Source: Chiloscyllium plagiosum (Eukaryota). From it: DNA of 37,275 bases. The notes beneath the pieces are model-generated. The model made no database searches. It was not told the DNA's origin and was given only the letters and a program-made list of their open reading frames with translations. Shown here piece by piece: positions 34,987 through 37,275 of the stretch. A program made the position numbers and the translations under genes. The first letter of the stretch is position 1; every line of letters starts with the position of its first letter. Location: contig NC_057750.1 of assembly GCF_004010195.1 (NCBI RefSeq), positions 7,596,629 through 7,633,903 of the forward strand, in the 5' to 3' direction.

Positions 34987-35712
34987 GATGTGGAAGTGCC
35001 AGTGTTGGACTGGGATGGACAAAGTTAAAGATCACACAACACCAGATTATAGTCCGACAGGTTTATTTGGAAGCACTAGCTTTCAGAGTGCTGCTGCATC
35101 TTAGAGTCATAGAGATGTACAGCACGGAAACAGACCCTTCGGTCCAACCCGTCCAGGCCGACCAGATATCCGAACCCAATCTAGTCCCACCTGCCAGCAC
35201 CTTGCCCATATCCCTCCAAACCCTTCCTATTCGTATACCCATCCAAATGCCTCTTAAATGTTGCAATTGTACCAGCTCCACCACTTCCTCTGGCAGCTCA
35301 TTCCATACACATACCACCCTCTGCGTGAAAAGGTTGCCCTTAGATCTCTTTTATATCTTTCCCCTCATCATCCAAGAAGATCACACATATCGACACAGAC
35401 CTGTTGGAGTATAACCTGGCGTTGGGTGATTTTTAACTTTGTCCACCCCAGTCCAACACCAACACCCCCACACCATGGCTACCATCAACACCACTGACTG
35501 CCAGCGCAAAGTGGAGAGGATCTCCAAGAAGATCGCTCATTTCGACACAGACTCATAACAGGTTTCTGTAGAAATACAAGAAAGCAGGAAAGATCCCAAA
35601 AGGATTACAGGTCACAAACCTACTCAAGTCGAAGATGAAGGAGTAGCGCTCCGAAAGCTAGTGCTTCCAAATAAACCTGGTGGACCATAACCTGGTGTTG
35701 TGTGATTTTTAG
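34987..35712. mobile_element. Rearranged family A PLE: inverted pLTR, nested CR1 (35101-35365), pLTR + ORF start, second pLTR
   Basis: ATG at 35475 gives MATINTTDCQRKVERISKKIAHFDTDS*, then shifted RFL*KYKKAGKIPKGLQVTNLLKS. Confidence 0.7.
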
Positions 35713-35914
35713 CTAACTGAAATCTTTGAAGTCTGGCACCTTCTATCACTGGAAACACAATGTGTTACCTAACTTTGTCTGAGCATGCATTAGCTCAATA
35801 TATTGATGAGAAACCATGAGCAAGGAAATGGGAGGAACACCTGAGGTAACAGAGTTTATGAAGGTTACCTCTCTCAAATTCTTAATTCAACTGATTTGAA
35901 CATGGAATCACAGT

Positions 35915-37000
35915 CTTGGAGTCATACAGCACAGAAACAGACTCTTCGATCCAACTCGTCCATAACAATGAAGTTTCCCAAACTAAACTATTCCCATTTG
36001 CCTGCATTTGGGCCATATTCCATTCATGATTGTATGATTCCCAGGCTAGTTATCAAGGTTAGATCTCATGGAATACAGGGAGAACTAGCCATTTCGATAC
36101 AGAACTGGCTCGAAGGTCGAAGATAGAGGGTGGTGGTGGAGGGTTGTTTTTCAGACTGGAGGCCTGTCACCAGTGGTGTGCCACAAGGATTGGTGCTGGG
36201 TTCTCTACTTTTCATCATTTATATAAATGATTTGGATGTGAACATAGGAGATATAATTACTAAGTTTGTAAATGACATCAAAACTGGAGGTGTAGTGGAC
36301 AGCGAAGGTTATCGGAGGCTGAGGGGTGACCTTAAAGAGATTTATAAAATCATGAGGGGCACGGATAGGGTAAATAGGCAAGGTGTTTTCCCTGGGGTGG
36401 GAGAGTCTATAACTAGAGGCATAGGTTTAAGGTGAGAGGGGAAAAAGACCTAAGGGGCAACATTTTCACACAGAACGTGGTGCATGTATGGAATGACCTG
36501 GCAGGGGAAGTGGTGGAGGCTGGTACAATTACTGCATTTAAAAGGCATCTGAATGGGTATATGAATAGGAAGGGTTTAGAGGGATATGGGCCAAGAGCTG
36601 GCAACTGGGACAAGATAGGTTAGGGTATCTAGTCAGCACAGACAAGTTGGACTGAAGGGTTTGTTTCCGTGCTGTACATCTCTATGACTCTATGACTGAT
36701 CAAGAATCAATCTCAGCCTTAAATATACATAAGGACTCTGTCCCCCACAGCTCTCTGTGGCAAGGGGTTCCAAAGACTCTCAACCCTCTGAGGGAAGAAA
36801 TTCCTCCTCATCTCAGTCTGAAATTGGTGCCCCTGTATTCCGAGACTATGCCCTCTAGTCCTAGTCTCTCCGACGATGGGGAAACATTCTCTCAGCATTT
36901 ACCCCGTCAGGTCCCTTCAGAATCCTAGATGAGCTCACCTCTCATTTTTCTAAATGCCAGTGAGTAGTGTTCCAACCTGTTTAACCTTTGCTCATGATAA
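35915..37000. mobile_element. CR1 fragments (main + copy ~36040-36695)
   Basis: RT motifs [29 protein letters not shown]. Confidence 0.85.
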
Positions 37001-37119
37001 AACTGCACAGTCAGCCCATTCAGAGGTGGGATTTGATCCTGGGGACATTACCACTACATGTAAATAAAGTTGCTCCTCATTTCCTTTTTAATTCTTTCTC
37101 CTCTCACCTTAAAAATATA

Positions 37120-37275
37120 CCTGCCAATCTCCCTTCCCACCTCTCTGCTCCAACCTCCCCTATGACCTATCACCTCCATCCCCACCCCCATTCACCCATT
37201 GTACTCTTTGCTACCTTCCCCCACCCTCCTCTCTGACCTATCACCTCCATCCCCACCCCCATTCACCCATTGTAC
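37120..37275 (+). repeat. PLE family B C-rich 3' region with a 71-bp-period tandem duplication, runs off the right edge
   Basis: 'tgacctatcacctccatccccacccccattcacccattgtac' starts at 37163 and 37234. Confidence 0.7.

Overview
Eukaryotic, repeat-dense genomic DNA. The repeat content (HE1-type V-SINEs, HER1/CR1 LINEs, DeuSINE remnants) points to a cartilaginous fish, probably a shark. The only host gene I can support is SNRPD2 (Sm D2): coding exon 2 at 6391-6570 and exon 3 at 9935-10109 on the + strand, with a poly(A) signal at 10244. Its exon 1, which supplies the 'AT' of a split start codon, is not visible and probably lies upstream of the window. Most of the rest is CR1, L2, SINE, LTR and Penelope-like (PLE) debris plus a 32-bp minisatellite. 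The most notable signal is a population of short PLE-derived fold-back (hairpin) insertions from at least three unrelated sequence families. All three carry the same minimal hammerhead ribozyme design with a palindromic 4-nt stem III (ACGU or AGCU). Several have clear target-site duplications, and their inversion or truncation points cluster at the ribozyme. Other oddities are a ~290-bp near-perfect inverted duplication that replaces part of a CR1, an 80-bp homogenised tract in an inverted SINE pair, a 22-bp microinversion, and an intact CR1 5' end with a possible 5'UTR intron. Repeat family names and boundaries are by eye and from recall, not from database searches.
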